DNA of 57,628 nucleotides, from positions 1-57,628 of IMG/VR virus record IMGVR_UViG_3300038520_002118, one strand, 5' to 3'. The DNA is from a virus (taxonomy: Duplodnaviria; Caudoviricetes). The position numbers and the translations under genes were made by a program. Shown here piece by piece: positions 45,141-56,108 of this stretch; within the stretch, counting starts at the first letter, position 1; each line of letters begins with the position of its first letter. A model generated the notes under the pieces. It ran no database searches, was not told the DNA's origin, and saw only the letters and a program-made list of their open reading frames with translations.

Positions 45141-45775
45141 TGAATTACTCAGAGCTGACTCAAGCGATCAAGGATTACACAGAGAACGAAGAAACAACTT
45201 TCGTTAACAACATTCCTGTTTTTGTACGTCAGGCAGAAGAGCGCCTGAATCGCTCCGTCATCATCCCTGAGTTAAGGAAGACATCCCAAGGTACATTTAC
45301 AGCGGGCAATAGATTTCTATCCAAGCCCACTGACTTTCTTGCAGTGGCCTCTATTGCTGTCTTAGATGGGTCAAGCAACTTTAACTATCTTCTACCTAAA
45401 GATGTGAACTTCATAAGAGAGGCGTATCCGCTAACAGCGACTCAAGGATTGCCAGAGTACTATGGCCAGTTCAGCGATGGATCCATAGTTGTAGCACCAA
45501 CGCCCGATACAAGCTACACAGTCCAGTTGGCTTATTACTATGACCCACCATCAATCGTTACGTCTTCTACAAGCTGGTATGGAGATAACGCAGAGACTGC
45601 ATTACTATATGGCTCATTGATTGAGGCCTACACCTTCATGAAGGGTGAGGCTGACTTGATCAATCTTTATGGGCAACGATACGAGGAGGCGGTCTCGCAG
45701 TTAATGGTCCTTGGTGAGGGTCGTCTCAGAAGAGACACTTACAGGAACAACGAGCCACGACCACAGGTCACATGA
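45140..45775 (+). CDS. Putative adaptor/tail tubular protein
   Basis: MNYSEL..QAEER..GLPEYY..APTPD..LLYGSL. Confidence 0.6.
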   Translation: MNYSELTQAIKDYTENEETTFVNNIPVFVRQAEERLNRSVIIPELRKTSQGTFTAGNRFLSKPTDFLAVASIAVLDGSSNFNYLLPKDVNFIREAYPLTATQGLPEYYGQFSDGSIVVAPTPDTSYTVQLAYYYDPPSIVTSSTSWYGDNAETALLYGSLIEAYTFMKGEADLINLYGQRYEEAVSQLMVLGEGRLRRDTYRNNEPRPQVT

Positions 45776-46065
45776 GCATTTCTGAAACATCCGATACCTT
45801 AGTAGGGACGCCTACTATAGTTGCGACATCCAATCGAGGACTCAACCCAGAAGAGTTAGCTGGATTGGCTGTAGAAAAAATTATGCGTATATCAGCAGAT
45901 GCAGATCCAATCATCAGGATGCAAGCAGAAGCCTTCAAAGAACGATTACGGGCCTTGTTAGTGGGATACTTTAAACAAGCCCAAAAATCAGAGCGAACTA
46001 CGTTGTATAATCTATTTAAGAGCCAAGGTCATGAAGACATGGCGCAGATTATTAAGAGGCTGTAA
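45772..46065 (+). CDS. Hypothetical protein
   Basis: Coupled ORF. Confidence 0.7.
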   Translation: MSISETSDTLVGTPTIVATSNRGLNPEELAGLAVEKIMRISADADPIIRMQAEAFKERLRALLVGYFKQAQKSERTTLYNLFKSQGHEDMAQIIKRL

Positions 46066-46526
46066 TGGCAATCACAAACGCAATTTGCAACGTCTTCAAG
46101 ACTGATATCCTTAAGGGCGTGCATAATTTTAGTTTATCAGGCGGTAACACATATAAGCTTGCACTGTTCACGTCTTCTGCGACATTGAACAAAAGCACAA
46201 CGGCTTATTCTGCACCTTCGGATGGAACGGCTAATCCAACAAACACACATGAAGTCACATCGACTGGCACAAGCTACAGTACTGGCGGCGGCACTCTGAC
46301 TAATATCACACCTGTTTTGAGTGGCGATGTTGCTCAGATGGACTTTCAGGACGAAACGTTTTCTACCGTTACTCTCACGGCGAACGGAGCGCTCATTTAT
46401 AAGAACAGCTCTAATGAAGCCGTTATGGCGGTAGCTTTCGGCGGCGATAAAACAGCCACGTCAGGTGATTTCACAGTCCAGTTCCCAAATCCATCTAGCG
46501 CCACAGCAATCATAGAAATCAACTAG
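46065..46526 (+). CDS. Putative tail/virion protein
   Basis: YKLALF..Y..GG..GALIY..GDF. Confidence 0.65.
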   Translation: MAITNAICNVFKTDILKGVHNFSLSGGNTYKLALFTSSATLNKSTTAYSAPSDGTANPTNTHEVTSTGTSYSTGGGTLTNITPVLSGDVAQMDFQDETFSTVTLTANGALIYKNSSNEAVMAVAFGGDKTATSGDFTVQFPNPSSATAIIEIN

Positions 46527-46560
46527 GCGTTTGCCGTGGCCTAAGTAAGGAGGCGTTAGC

Positions 46561-49518
46561 TTGTCTAATGGTTGGGGCAGGGGTACGTGGAGCAGTGATG
46601 CGTTCGGTACAAACGATGCCGGCGGCGTAACGACAGGCTGGGGTCGCAGTACTTGGAGTGATGGCCCTTGGGGCAAAACAGTCACCACTGTAGCCCTCAC
46701 AGGTATTCAATCAGCGAGTTCTGCTGGGTCTGTGACTGTAGCGGCAGAGGCTATTGCCGCTCCCTCAGGCATCCAATCATCAACGTCCGCAGGCTCTGTT
46801 TCAGTTGTTGCAGAAGCAACGGCCTCCCCGTCAGGTATACAAGCCACTTCAACAGCGGGTTCTGGAACAGCATCAGCCACCTTCTCAGTCGAGGTAACAG
46901 GGGAGACCCTACGTACTAGCAATGCAGATCTTGCTGGTGCGTTCAACGCTGAGTATTTCGTTCCTACGGACTCAGGTAACCCAAATGTCACAGTCATGGC
47001 ATTTGAAGACAGCACCACTGTTTCTGCTGATGGATCTTCTCTTGGCACAATTAGTTCGGCTGGCGGGACGCTTTCTATCAGTGCGTCCAATTACGAAAAC
47101 AAACTGATATCTGCCGACAAGCCAATCACACTACAGAGTGCTAATAATGAAACCACTGGTGTGCCTACATCGTGGCAAGGTACTTCGTTTGGTCTTAGAA
47201 ATACCAGAACAGGCGTCAGGCTACAATTCAGATCCATATCCGGCACCGCAACAGTCGAGATATTTAAAGATGGGTCACTGGTAACCACACTCAGTGTCCC
47301 AGACAACACTACAACTACACAAACCTACGCAGACGACACAAGCGATCCTGAATATCAAATCTTTTCAGACCTGCCGATTGTTGGTTTTAAATCCAGCAAC
47401 GCTAGTTTTGCAGACACCCATCCTCTATTCCCTGCAAGCAGACAACTGTACGGCTTTGCCGCAAGCTCCGCACACATAGTCAAGGTAGAAGACTACGGTT
47501 CGTCATCTAGTTATGCAGAGTTTGAGTCAGACGGGACGACCAGTAGCACCACCACCATAAGCACAGTTCGGGGTACAGGCGGCGGCGCACAAGATTACAC
47601 AGGCCCATCTATCCGAGTTGTAACAGGGGCCGATGTAGCTGGTAACGCAATAGCCGATGGTGACGGTGGAGAAAAGACAAGCTGGATATCCGAAGTATGT
47701 TTTGCTCACGAGTTTAGATTAATAGAAGACGCAGAGTTTCTTGCCATCATAGGTACGCCGGGAACGAATGGTCGCAATATCAATGTCTTCGATTCAAGCG
47801 GTAACCTAATTGACACCGTTCAGCTTAGTGGTGATACGAGTGGTTCAAATTTTCCGACTAAGTTTCAATTAGTTTCTAACTCTACGACAGAATCTAGCCT
47901 CACACCGCTTGCGAAATCCTACGATTTGACCGCTGGTATGCGGATCGTGTCGGAAGTTCCTGTCGGAGTCATTGTCGAAGACGATAGCAGTGACAACGAA
48001 GAAAACCTTTTTGGACTGAGATTCTTCAATGGTTTTGTAACTGGTGATGCAGTTGTTTCGGCAACAGGCATTCAGTCAGCTAGCTCAGCGGGGAGTGTGA
48101 GTGTAGTAGCTGAGGCCAGCGCTTCCTTGACAGGCATACAATCGACAACTAGCGCCGGAGCCGTGGACGCAGATCCTGACGCAAATGTCACAGGAATCCA
48201 AGCTAGCAGTACAGCAGGAAGCGTCTCTTTAGTCGGTGAATCAAATGTATCACCCACTGGCATACAGCGTTCGAGCACAGCGGGTAGCTCTTCTGTTTCA
48301 GCCGATGCAAATCCATCTACTACAGGGATACAAGCAAGCTCTTCAGTCGGTACCTGCACTGTAGCGGCAGAGGCCAATACTTCTCCGTCAGGGATACAAT
48401 CAGGTTCATCAGCAGGATCTGTTTCCACCGAGGGAGAGGCAAACGTAACTCCTACAGGTATACAGTCTTCCACTTCGGCTGGAAACGTAGACGCAGACCC
48501 AGATGCAAATATTACAGGTATTCAGGCTTCGAGTTCCGCAGGTTCTGTTTCAGTCGTTGCAGAAGCAAATGCTTCTCCGTCAGGTATACAAAGCACTTCT
48601 TCCGAAGGATCTGTTTCCACCGTGGGAGAGGCAAACGTACCTCTTACAGGCATACAGTCAACGAGTAGTGGGGCCGTTGTTCTTGTATCAGCCGATGCAT
48701 TCACAGCGCTCACAGGTATACAGTCTTCTACCAGTGCTGGTAACGTAGATGCAGATCCTGATGCGAACATAACAGGTATACAGGCCACGACATCAGCGGG
48801 CACGGTATCGATCTTGAATGACATGACGGTATTCCCCACAGGAATACAGTCAACCACTTCTGCCGGAAACGTGGATGCAGATCCTGATGCCAATGTTACA
48901 GGCATACAGGCGTCCTCCTCTGCTGGCTCGGTGTCTGTCTCCGCAGAGGCAACGGCATCACCCTCTGGGTTGCAATCTTCAACATCCGAAGGAAGTGTCT
49001 CATTTAGTATCACATCATCGTTTACGACAACGGGAATCCAATCTGCCACCTCGGAAGGTGATACTTCAGTGTCAGCAAACGCTGATGTTGACACGACAGG
49101 AATACAGGGATCAACAGCGATAGGCTCTGTAGCCGTCTCGGCGCAGGCCAACGTTACCCCTACAGGCATACAATCTGCAACGACCGCTGGCGGCGCTTCA
49201 GTATCTATAAGTCAGACTGTCGTCCCTACGGGAATACAGGCTTCCACAACGGTTGGTTCTGTTACAATATCAGGGAGTGCTAATGTTGTTCCGATAGGCA
49301 TAGCATTAGTAATCTCGGCTGAGTCTGTCAATGTCTGGGGTCCTGTTGATGAGAGCCAGACATCTAATTTTGTTGCTGTGAATACAGCCCAGACTCCAAA
49401 TTATTCAGTTGTATCGGATGGCAACGTCCCCAACTGGTCGGAAATTTCAGGAGCGAGTGATGCTGGATTTTCTCAAGTATCTGATGGCAACACTCCAAAT
49501 TGGGAAGAAGTAGCATAA
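46561..49518 (+). CDS. Fiber-like protein with TGIQ repeats and inserted globular domain
   Basis: TTG after AGGAGG; GWGR motifs; many (T/S)GIQxxxxxG repeats interrupted by ~370-aa insert. Confidence 0.75.
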   Translation: MSNGWGRGTWSSDAFGTNDAGGVTTGWGRSTWSDGPWGKTVTTVALTGIQSASSAGSVTVAAEAIAAPSGIQSSTSAGSVSVVAEATASPSGIQATSTAGSGTASATFSVEVTGETLRTSNADLAGAFNAEYFVPTDSGNPNVTVMAFEDSTTVSADGSSLGTISSAGGTLSISASNYENKLISADKPITLQSANNETTGVPTSWQGTSFGLRNTRTGVRLQFRSISGTATVEIFKDGSLVTTLSVPDNTTTTQTYADDTSDPEYQIFSDLPIVGFKSSNASFADTHPLFPASRQLYGFAASSAHIVKVEDYGSSSSYAEFESDGTTSSTTTISTVRGTGGGAQDYTGPSIRVVTGADVAGNAIADGDGGEKTSWISEVCFAHEFRLIEDAEFLAIIGTPGTNGRNINVFDSSGNLIDTVQLSGDTSGSNFPTKFQLVSNSTTESSLTPLAKSYDLTAGMRIVSEVPVGVIVEDDSSDNEENLFGLRFFNGFVTGDAVVSATGIQSASSAGSVSVVAEASASLTGIQSTTSAGAVDADPDANVTGIQASSTAGSVSLVGESNVSPTGIQRSSTAGSSSVSADANPSTTGIQASSSVGTCTVAAEANTSPSGIQSGSSAGSVSTEGEANVTPTGIQSSTSAGNVDADPDANITGIQASSSAGSVSVVAEANASPSGIQSTSSEGSVSTVGEANVPLTGIQSTSSGAVVLVSADAFTALTGIQSSTSAGNVDADPDANITGIQATTSAGTVSILNDMTVFPTGIQSTTSAGNVDADPDANVTGIQASSSAGSVSVSAEATASPSGLQSSTSEGSVSFSITSSFTTTGIQSATSEGDTSVSANADVDTTGIQGSTAIGSVAVSAQANVTPTGIQSATTAGGASVSISQTVVPTGIQASTTVGSVTISGSANVVPIGIALVISAESVNVWGPVDESQTSNFVAVNTAQTPNYSVVSDGNVPNWSEISGASDAGFSQVSDGNTPNWEEVA

Positions 49519-49535
49519 AGTGCACATGCACTTTT
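49516..49535. repeat. Dispersed palindrome site 16 (core GTGCACATGCAC)
   Basis: Between stop and GAGG RBS. Confidence 0.9.
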
Positions 49536-49551
49536 TTATGAGGAATAAATA

Positions 49552-50736
49552 ATGCCCAGTACCTATACCACAAATCTTGGCATAGAGAAGATCGCTACTG
49601 GCGAGCAGTCAGGAACGTGGGGGACCACGACAAATACAAACCTTGATCTAATAGACGAGGCAGTCAATGGGATTGTAAGCATTACCCTGTCCTCTGCCGG
49701 TTCTTCAGGTTCCCCTAATTCACTGCCCGTGACAGATGGCTCATCATCAAATGGCCGAAACAAGTTTATTGAGTTTGTAGATGGAGGAGACTTAGGCGCG
49801 ACAGCATACGTGCAGTTGACTCCAAACAACGCAGAAAAAATAGTTCACGTCCGTAACAGCCTGTCAGGCAGTAGAGCTATTATAGTTTTCCAAGGGACGT
49901 ATAACGCATCTAATGACTTCCAGATTGAAAATGGCAAGGACGTTGTACTCAAGTTCGATGGAGCCGGAACCAATGCAACGGTCAAGGATGTATTCACAGA
50001 CCTTGCTGTCACTAAGGTAGATGCAACCACTCTTGCTATCGGCGGTACCGCCGTTACGTCAACAGCCGCAGAGATCAATAAGTTAGATGGGTTCACTGGC
50101 ACGGTTGATGACCTAGATTACGCAAAAGACTTGAGGGCGACCGGAGTTACAACCACTGAGTTCGATAAGCTTGATGGCCTCACAGCGACCACCACAGAGC
50201 TTAACTACGTTGATGTCACCACACTAGGCACCGTAGAGGCGTCAAAAGCTGTGACTGCAAACTCAAGTGGGGAAGTGATAGTCCCTGATAATAAGAGGAT
50301 ACTCTTTGGGTCTGGCTCTGACGTTGGTATTCAATACGATGAGACTACGGATGATCGTCTAGAAATCAGCGGCGGTGAAGTCTTTGTTGATAATACGTTG
50401 ACAGCAAAGCGCGGAATCGGAACAACCCTTACCGACACATCAAACACGGGCAGTGTAACGCTTGATTTTTCTGCTAGCCAAAACTTTGTCCTAACGCTGA
50501 CAGGTAACGTCACTCTGGCAAATCCCTCTACAGAAGCTGTGGGCCAGTCAGGGTTTATTGTTCTTATTCAGGACGGTACAGGGGGTCGAACTGTATCTCT
50601 TGGCACAGACTATGAAACAGCGGCAGGAGCGGGTCTGACATTATCATCAACCGCGAGCACTACAGATATTGTTCCATACATCGTTGCGGCATCAGGGCGT
50701 ATCTTGCTTGGCGCACCTCAGTTGGCGTTTGCATAA
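49552..50736 (+). CDS. Tail fiber protein
   Basis: GEQSGTWG..TNTN N-terminus; TAAEIN.LDG repeats; QDGTGGRT. Confidence 0.7.
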   Translation: MPSTYTTNLGIEKIATGEQSGTWGTTTNTNLDLIDEAVNGIVSITLSSAGSSGSPNSLPVTDGSSSNGRNKFIEFVDGGDLGATAYVQLTPNNAEKIVHVRNSLSGSRAIIVFQGTYNASNDFQIENGKDVVLKFDGAGTNATVKDVFTDLAVTKVDATTLAIGGTAVTSTAAEINKLDGFTGTVDDLDYAKDLRATGVTTTEFDKLDGLTATTTELNYVDVTTLGTVEASKAVTANSSGEVIVPDNKRILFGSGSDVGIQYDETTDDRLEISGGEVFVDNTLTAKRGIGTTLTDTSNTGSVTLDFSASQNFVLTLTGNVTLANPSTEAVGQSGFIVLIQDGTGGRTVSLGTDYETAAGAGLTLSSTASTTDIVPYIVAASGRILLGAPQLAFA

Positions 50737-53054
50737 TGTTCGATAACTCCCAGTTCTTTGTTTCTGGTGCGAGTTTTTATCCGCATCGCATAAGTCAATC
50801 GTTGAGATTTAATTCAGGTGACTCAGCTTTTTTAAGCCGTACAACAGGTAGTGCCACTAACACGTTTACTTTTTCGACTTGGTTTAAGCGTGGGGATATT
50901 TCTGCCGGAAACTATCAATATATTTTTGCGAGCGGAGCTTCTGGGTTAGCAATTGGGAAGGCCTCTAGTGGGGATCTGGAAGATAGATTTTATGTACACG
51001 ATGGTTCATCTAATCAAGAAGCTGATCCACTAATACGTGATTCTGGTTCTTGGTATCACGTAGTGCTTTCCGCAAATTCTGGGACGGGCGTACTCTACAT
51101 AAATGGTGAATCTGTAAAAACAGGTATTAGTGTAGCGTCTTTATCTACCGGATCAGGGCTGACCCGCATAGGAAGATTTGGGGATGGCAGTTTCTATTTA
51201 GATGGATACTTAGCGGAAACGCATCTTGTCACTGGATCAGCATTAACACCAAGCTCTTTCGGTGAAACTAAAAACGACATTTGGGTTCCTAAAGATTATA
51301 GCGGATCATACGGAGATGACGGTTTTAAACTAACGTATGCTGATTCTTCTGATATAGGAAACGATTCTTCTGGCGAAAACCATGACCTTACAAATACTAA
51401 TTTAACAGCAAGCGACGTGGTCAATGATAGCCCAACAAATAATCATGCCACACTCGGGGCGCAACCAATTGTAACCCACACCCTATCAGAGGGCCGGTTG
51501 AAAAGCACGAACAGCAGTGGGACACACGGTGGAACCACAGCGACTTTTAACTATCCAACATCAGGCAAGTGGTATCACGAGGTTACAATCAACGCTGAAA
51601 CAAGTGACAAAGGACAAGGTGTCGGGATTGGAAATCAAATAGCCAGAACCTCTACTACTTGGGGCAACTATCTTAATCTAATCGCCTATCTTTCAGATGG
51701 AACCAAACTTGTTGATACAGGATACGCATCATATGGAACAGCACAAAATGCGAATGATGTAGTCGGCGTGGCATACAACGCAGACGATCAGGAGTTAGAG
51801 TTTTATCTAAATGGAACAGGACAGGGAACAATAACTACATCAGAAATGGATGGGCTAGTAGACTTCAATAATTTATGCCCGCTAGTTTTTGGTAGAAATA
51901 TGGAGCAAACTTTTAACTTTGGTCAGTCGTCTTTTGCTCACACTCCACCATCAGGCTACAAAGCACTTAACACATCCAACCTATCTGACCCCACGATTGA
52001 CCCCAATGAAGGCGAAACACCGGATCAGTACTTTGACGTAACCACATACACCGCAAACAATGGAACACTATCGATTACAGGTTTAGAGTTCCAGCCAGAC
52101 TTTGTTTGGATTAAGTCTAGAAGCTTAGACATTGCACACGCATGGTTTGATGTGCTTCGCGGGACATCAACAGCAGGATCAATCAATACGGCCATTGCTT
52201 CTAACAGGGTTGATGCACAAGGTAGCGGTAACGGAGTATTGTCTTCCTTTAACTCCGATGGCTTTACGGTCGCAGGGGGAAGCTCTGGATCGAATCCTCT
52301 AAGCCTAGTTAACAAGGGCACAAACACATACGTGGCGTGGACTTGGAAAGCAGGGGGCTCTGGAGTAACCAATAATGACGGAACAGGAACATCTACCGTT
52401 AGTGCAAGTGACGAGTCAGGTTTTAGTCTAGTTAAGTATACTGGCAATGGCTCAAACCAAACACTTGGACACGGGTTAAGTTCTGCTCCAAATGCAATCT
52501 GGATAAAAGAGATTAACAGTACATCCGGTTGGATGTGTTATTACAGTGCACTAGGAGCAAATAAATTTTTATCTCTTCATAGCACTGCCGCACAATCTAC
52601 TAGCACTGCGGCTTTTAACAACACCGATCCAACCTCCACTGTGTTTTCAGTAGGCGCGAGTAATGCTACCAATCAGTCAAGTCAGGATATGATCGCGTAC
52701 TGTTTTTACAATGTGGATGGGTACCAGAAAATTGGATTGTATGAAGGAAATAACTCGACTGATAATGCGTTTGTTTTTACCGGCTTCCGTCCCAGATTCC
52801 TTATGATAAAAAATGTTGATTCAACCGGTAACTGGGGTATGTGGGACACAGCACGTACTACGTCCAATGTTGCAAGTAGCATTCAAAGAGCCGACACAAG
52901 CGAGGTTGAAAATACTACGACACCTAATAACAGTGTAGATATACTGTCGAACGGGTTTAAGATACGAGGAAATACGGGTGTGTCTGGTGATGCTGTAACT
53001 TACGTTTATATGGCCATAGCAGAGCAACCTTTCAAATACTCAAACGCGAGATAG
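50736..53054 (+). CDS. Tail fiber/receptor-binding protein with LamG-like and SPRY-like regions
   Basis: SLRFN..TFSTWFKR..WYHVV; SGKWY.E..NFGQ; FQPDFVWIKSR; GFRPRF. Confidence 0.75.
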   Translation: MFDNSQFFVSGASFYPHRISQSLRFNSGDSAFLSRTTGSATNTFTFSTWFKRGDISAGNYQYIFASGASGLAIGKASSGDLEDRFYVHDGSSNQEADPLIRDSGSWYHVVLSANSGTGVLYINGESVKTGISVASLSTGSGLTRIGRFGDGSFYLDGYLAETHLVTGSALTPSSFGETKNDIWVPKDYSGSYGDDGFKLTYADSSDIGNDSSGENHDLTNTNLTASDVVNDSPTNNHATLGAQPIVTHTLSEGRLKSTNSSGTHGGTTATFNYPTSGKWYHEVTINAETSDKGQGVGIGNQIARTSTTWGNYLNLIAYLSDGTKLVDTGYASYGTAQNANDVVGVAYNADDQELEFYLNGTGQGTITTSEMDGLVDFNNLCPLVFGRNMEQTFNFGQSSFAHTPPSGYKALNTSNLSDPTIDPNEGETPDQYFDVTTYTANNGTLSITGLEFQPDFVWIKSRSLDIAHAWFDVLRGTSTAGSINTAIASNRVDAQGSGNGVLSSFNSDGFTVAGGSSGSNPLSLVNKGTNTYVAWTWKAGGSGVTNNDGTGTSTVSASDESGFSLVKYTGNGSNQTLGHGLSSAPNAIWIKEINSTSGWMCYYSALGANKFLSLHSTAAQSTSTAAFNNTDPTSTVFSVGASNATNQSSQDMIAYCFYNVDGYQKIGLYEGNNSTDNAFVFTGFRPRFLMIKNVDSTGNWGMWDTARTTSNVASSIQRADTSEVENTTTPNNSVDILSNGFKIRGNTGVSGDAVTYVYMAIAEQPFKYSNAR

Positions 53055-53063
53055 GAGAATTTC

Positions 53064-53624
53064 ATGTGGCAACACAACGGTAAAACGGTCAAAGAGGGGA
53101 GGTCTTGGACATCTGATGACGGCATCACACACCCATCAAACTGGGCCGTGTGGTCGGATGATGTAAAAAAATCTTTTGGTCTGGTTCAGGTTGCTGACCC
53201 AAAAACTTGGGATAACCGATTCTATTGGGGCTGGGACTCAGAAGAAAAAAACTTGGTTGAAAGAAAGATTGATGATGAAGACGCAACGGATGACAGCGGC
53301 AATAAACTGAAAGATGAAGATGGCAATCAAGTTGTAAACTACGGACTCAAGTCGGTCGCAATTAGTAATACTAAAACTATTGCGAGAGGGAAGCTATCGC
53401 ATACTGATTGGTATGTTACTCGGAAATCAGAGTCTGGAACCGCCATACCATCTTCTATTACAACTTACAGATCGGCTGTCCGCACTGCGTGTAAAACTAT
53501 AGAAGATGCGATTACCGCTTGTGATACCCATGCAAAATTCATGGCTCTTTATGAAGTGCCTTTGGATGAAAGTGGGAACCCAACAGGTAATGCACCTATC
53601 AGTGACTGGCCCAAAGAAATCTAG
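53064..53624 (+). CDS. Putative tail fiber assembly/accessory protein
   Basis: L..TDWYVTR..YR.AVR..WP C-terminus. Confidence 0.55.
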   Translation: MWQHNGKTVKEGRSWTSDDGITHPSNWAVWSDDVKKSFGLVQVADPKTWDNRFYWGWDSEEKNLVERKIDDEDATDDSGNKLKDEDGNQVVNYGLKSVAISNTKTIARGKLSHTDWYVTRKSESGTAIPSSITTYRSAVRTACKTIEDAITACDTHAKFMALYEVPLDESGNPTGNAPISDWPKEI

Positions 53625-53635
53625 GGCAAAGGACC

Positions 53636-55594
53636 ATGTCTCTTACAAAGTTGCAATTCAACCCCGGCATTGTCAGGGAAACAACGTCTTACACAAACGA
53701 AGGCGGGTGGTTTGACGGGGATAAAATTCGATTCCGTGCAGGGTTACCTGAAAAAATAAAAGGCTGGTCTAAACTTTCTGCTAATTCATTTCTTGGAATA
53801 TGCCGTGGGCTCAAACCTTGGGTAGCCCTCGACTCAACTATCTACAATGGCGTTGGGACAAATTTAAAGTATTACATTGAAGATGGCGGTGTTTATAAAG
53901 ATGTAACACCAATCAGAGCAACAACATCAGCAGGTGATGTTACCTTTTCTGCAACAAATGGTTCATCAGTGATTACAGTTACTGATGCGGCCCACAATGC
54001 AGAAACAGGAGACTTTGTCACGTTCTCAGGCGCGGCATCTCTTGGCGGTAATATCACTGCGGCTGTTTTGAATCAGGAGTACCAAGTTGATGAAAGGGTC
54101 TCCACTACGCAATACAAGATATCAGCGAGAGCGGCAGGGACAAGCATACAAAGTATTACCGTTAATGGGCAGATTGTTGCTAGTAATGTTTCTGCTAATT
54201 CTTCTGACACAGGGAACGGCGGCTCTTCAACCGTAGGCGCATATCAAATAAACACAGGCCTGAACGAATCTGTTTATTCAGGTGGCTGGGGTGTTGGCAC
54301 TTGGGGTCGAGGAACATGGAGTTCATCGGTAGATCTCACAAATGCGGCTTTCAAACTAAGACTTTGGTCTCATGATAATTTCGGTGAAGACCTTATTATA
54401 AATGTAAGAGAAGGCGGCATATTCTACTGGGATAAATCAACAAACAGTGGTGAGCCTTTTTCCAGAGCAGTGGCTTTGGGCTCGGTTGCTTATAATTCAG
54501 CAGGCGACATTGATGCTGGAGTCCCCACACTTGCAACTCAGGTATTAGTTTCTGATATCGACAGACACGTCATTGCATTTGGCGCGGATGATATTGGTGC
54601 AGATGGTTCTTCAACTGGTGCACAAGATCCGATGCTGATTAGGTTTTCAGATCAGAGCAATCCGTTTTTGTGGACAGACGCTGTCGAGAATACAGCAGGC
54701 TCTTTGGCGCTGGGCAGTGGATCAAAGATAGTTTGCGCCACCGAAACAAGACAGCAGATACTTGTTTGGACAAATAAGGCGCTGTATAACCTCCAATTTC
54801 AAGGTCCTCCATTTACTTTCGGCGCCAGCCTTATATCAGAAAATGTCACTATTGCCAGCCCGCAATCCTTCAAGGCTGTTGATGATCTAGTTTTCTGGAT
54901 GGGTGAAGGTGAGTTTTACTACTACAATGGACAGGTGCAGACGTTGCCATGCTCTGTCAAAGAATATATTTATAGTGACATCAATATTGAGCAGATCGAA
55001 AAAGTTACGTCAGGACTCAATTCTGCGTACAGCGAGGTATGGTGGTTCTATCCTTCATCAGATTCCACCACGAATAACAGATACGTAGTGTACAACTATG
55101 AGGACAAGCTTTGGTATTACGGAACAATTGCAAGGTCTAATTGGATTGATCGCGGTATCAACAGATATCCTATCGCCGCTGGATTAGATGGATTTCTTTA
55201 TTACCATGAGTTCGGAACCAATGATGGCTCAACTTCCCCAGAGTCTGCGATTACAGCGTTTATTGAATCAAGTCAGATCGACCTCTCTGATGGCAACGAG
55301 TTTGCTTTCATCAGAAAGGTGATACCAGATCTCGCTTTCCCTGAGTCAACCTCATCAACACCAACGGTTGACCTTACACTCAAGGTGCGTAATTTTCCGG
55401 GCTCGAATTACAGCAACACCAACACATCGTCCGTTGTGAGATCACAGACAGTTCCTATAGAGGCGTGGACCGATCAAGCATACGTCAGGTTGCGCGGGCG
55501 CTCATTCGCTTTACGTGTCGAGTCTAATCAACCAGATGTCGGATGGAGACTAGGTACAACCAGAGTTGATGTTAGAAAAGACGGGAGGCGGTAA
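53636..55594 (+). CDS. Putative tail hub/stabilisation protein
   Basis: 652 aa beta-rich; IRFSDQ, VFWMG, EVWWFYPS. Confidence 0.6.
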   Translation: MSLTKLQFNPGIVRETTSYTNEGGWFDGDKIRFRAGLPEKIKGWSKLSANSFLGICRGLKPWVALDSTIYNGVGTNLKYYIEDGGVYKDVTPIRATTSAGDVTFSATNGSSVITVTDAAHNAETGDFVTFSGAASLGGNITAAVLNQEYQVDERVSTTQYKISARAAGTSIQSITVNGQIVASNVSANSSDTGNGGSSTVGAYQINTGLNESVYSGGWGVGTWGRGTWSSSVDLTNAAFKLRLWSHDNFGEDLIINVREGGIFYWDKSTNSGEPFSRAVALGSVAYNSAGDIDAGVPTLATQVLVSDIDRHVIAFGADDIGADGSSTGAQDPMLIRFSDQSNPFLWTDAVENTAGSLALGSGSKIVCATETRQQILVWTNKALYNLQFQGPPFTFGASLISENVTIASPQSFKAVDDLVFWMGEGEFYYYNGQVQTLPCSVKEYIYSDINIEQIEKVTSGLNSAYSEVWWFYPSSDSTTNNRYVVYNYEDKLWYYGTIARSNWIDRGINRYPIAAGLDGFLYYHEFGTNDGSTSPESAITAFIESSQIDLSDGNEFAFIRKVIPDLAFPESTSSTPTVDLTLKVRNFPGSNYSNTNTSSVVRSQTVPIEAWTDQAYVRLRGRSFALRVESNQPDVGWRLGTTRVDVRKDGRR

Positions 55595-55896
55595 TGTCTT
55601 CCAACAGAGGGCTAGCTAAGCCGTTTTTTCCTGTAGCGCCTCAAGAGTACAATCAGGCGTATTTTGCAGACCTTGTTAATCAATTTACACTGCTGATAAA
55701 CCAATCTAAAAATCCGGGCGATGGTCGTTTTAGTTCTGTGACTATTAAAGATCTAGCTTCAGATGATGTGGGCCTTGAGTCTGGAACACTTTACAGGCAT
55801 GGGACTACGGTAAGGGTATCTGATTTGTCGCTTTCCAGCGTTCGCGGTGTATCCGCAACTAGTACAATAGGTACTGTAACAGTGAGTACACCATAA
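55594..55896 (+). CDS. Hypothetical virion protein
   Basis: Coupled ORF. Confidence 0.65.
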   Translation: MSSNRGLAKPFFPVAPQEYNQAYFADLVNQFTLLINQSKNPGDGRFSSVTIKDLASDDVGLESGTLYRHGTTVRVSDLSLSSVRGVSATSTIGTVTVSTP

Positions 55897-56108
55897 TGGC
55901 GAATATCGATAGAGAGATTGGTGAAGTATCAGCACGACTGACTGCACTCGAAAGAGATATGGCAGAACTTCGTGATGACATCAAGTGGATGAGAGATCAG
56001 GTCCAGCAGTCTAAGGGTGGTTGGAGGACAATCGCGTTCTTAATATCAGCCTCCGGCATACTAGGCGCATTTGCTACACTGTTATCACAACACATGTGGT
56101 TTAAATAA
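55896..56108 (+). CDS. Coiled-coil + C-terminal TM protein
   Basis: LTALERDMAELRDDIK followed by hydrophobic tail. Confidence 0.7.
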   Translation: MANIDREIGEVSARLTALERDMAELRDDIKWMRDQVQQSKGGWRTIAFLISASGILGAFATLLSQHMWFK

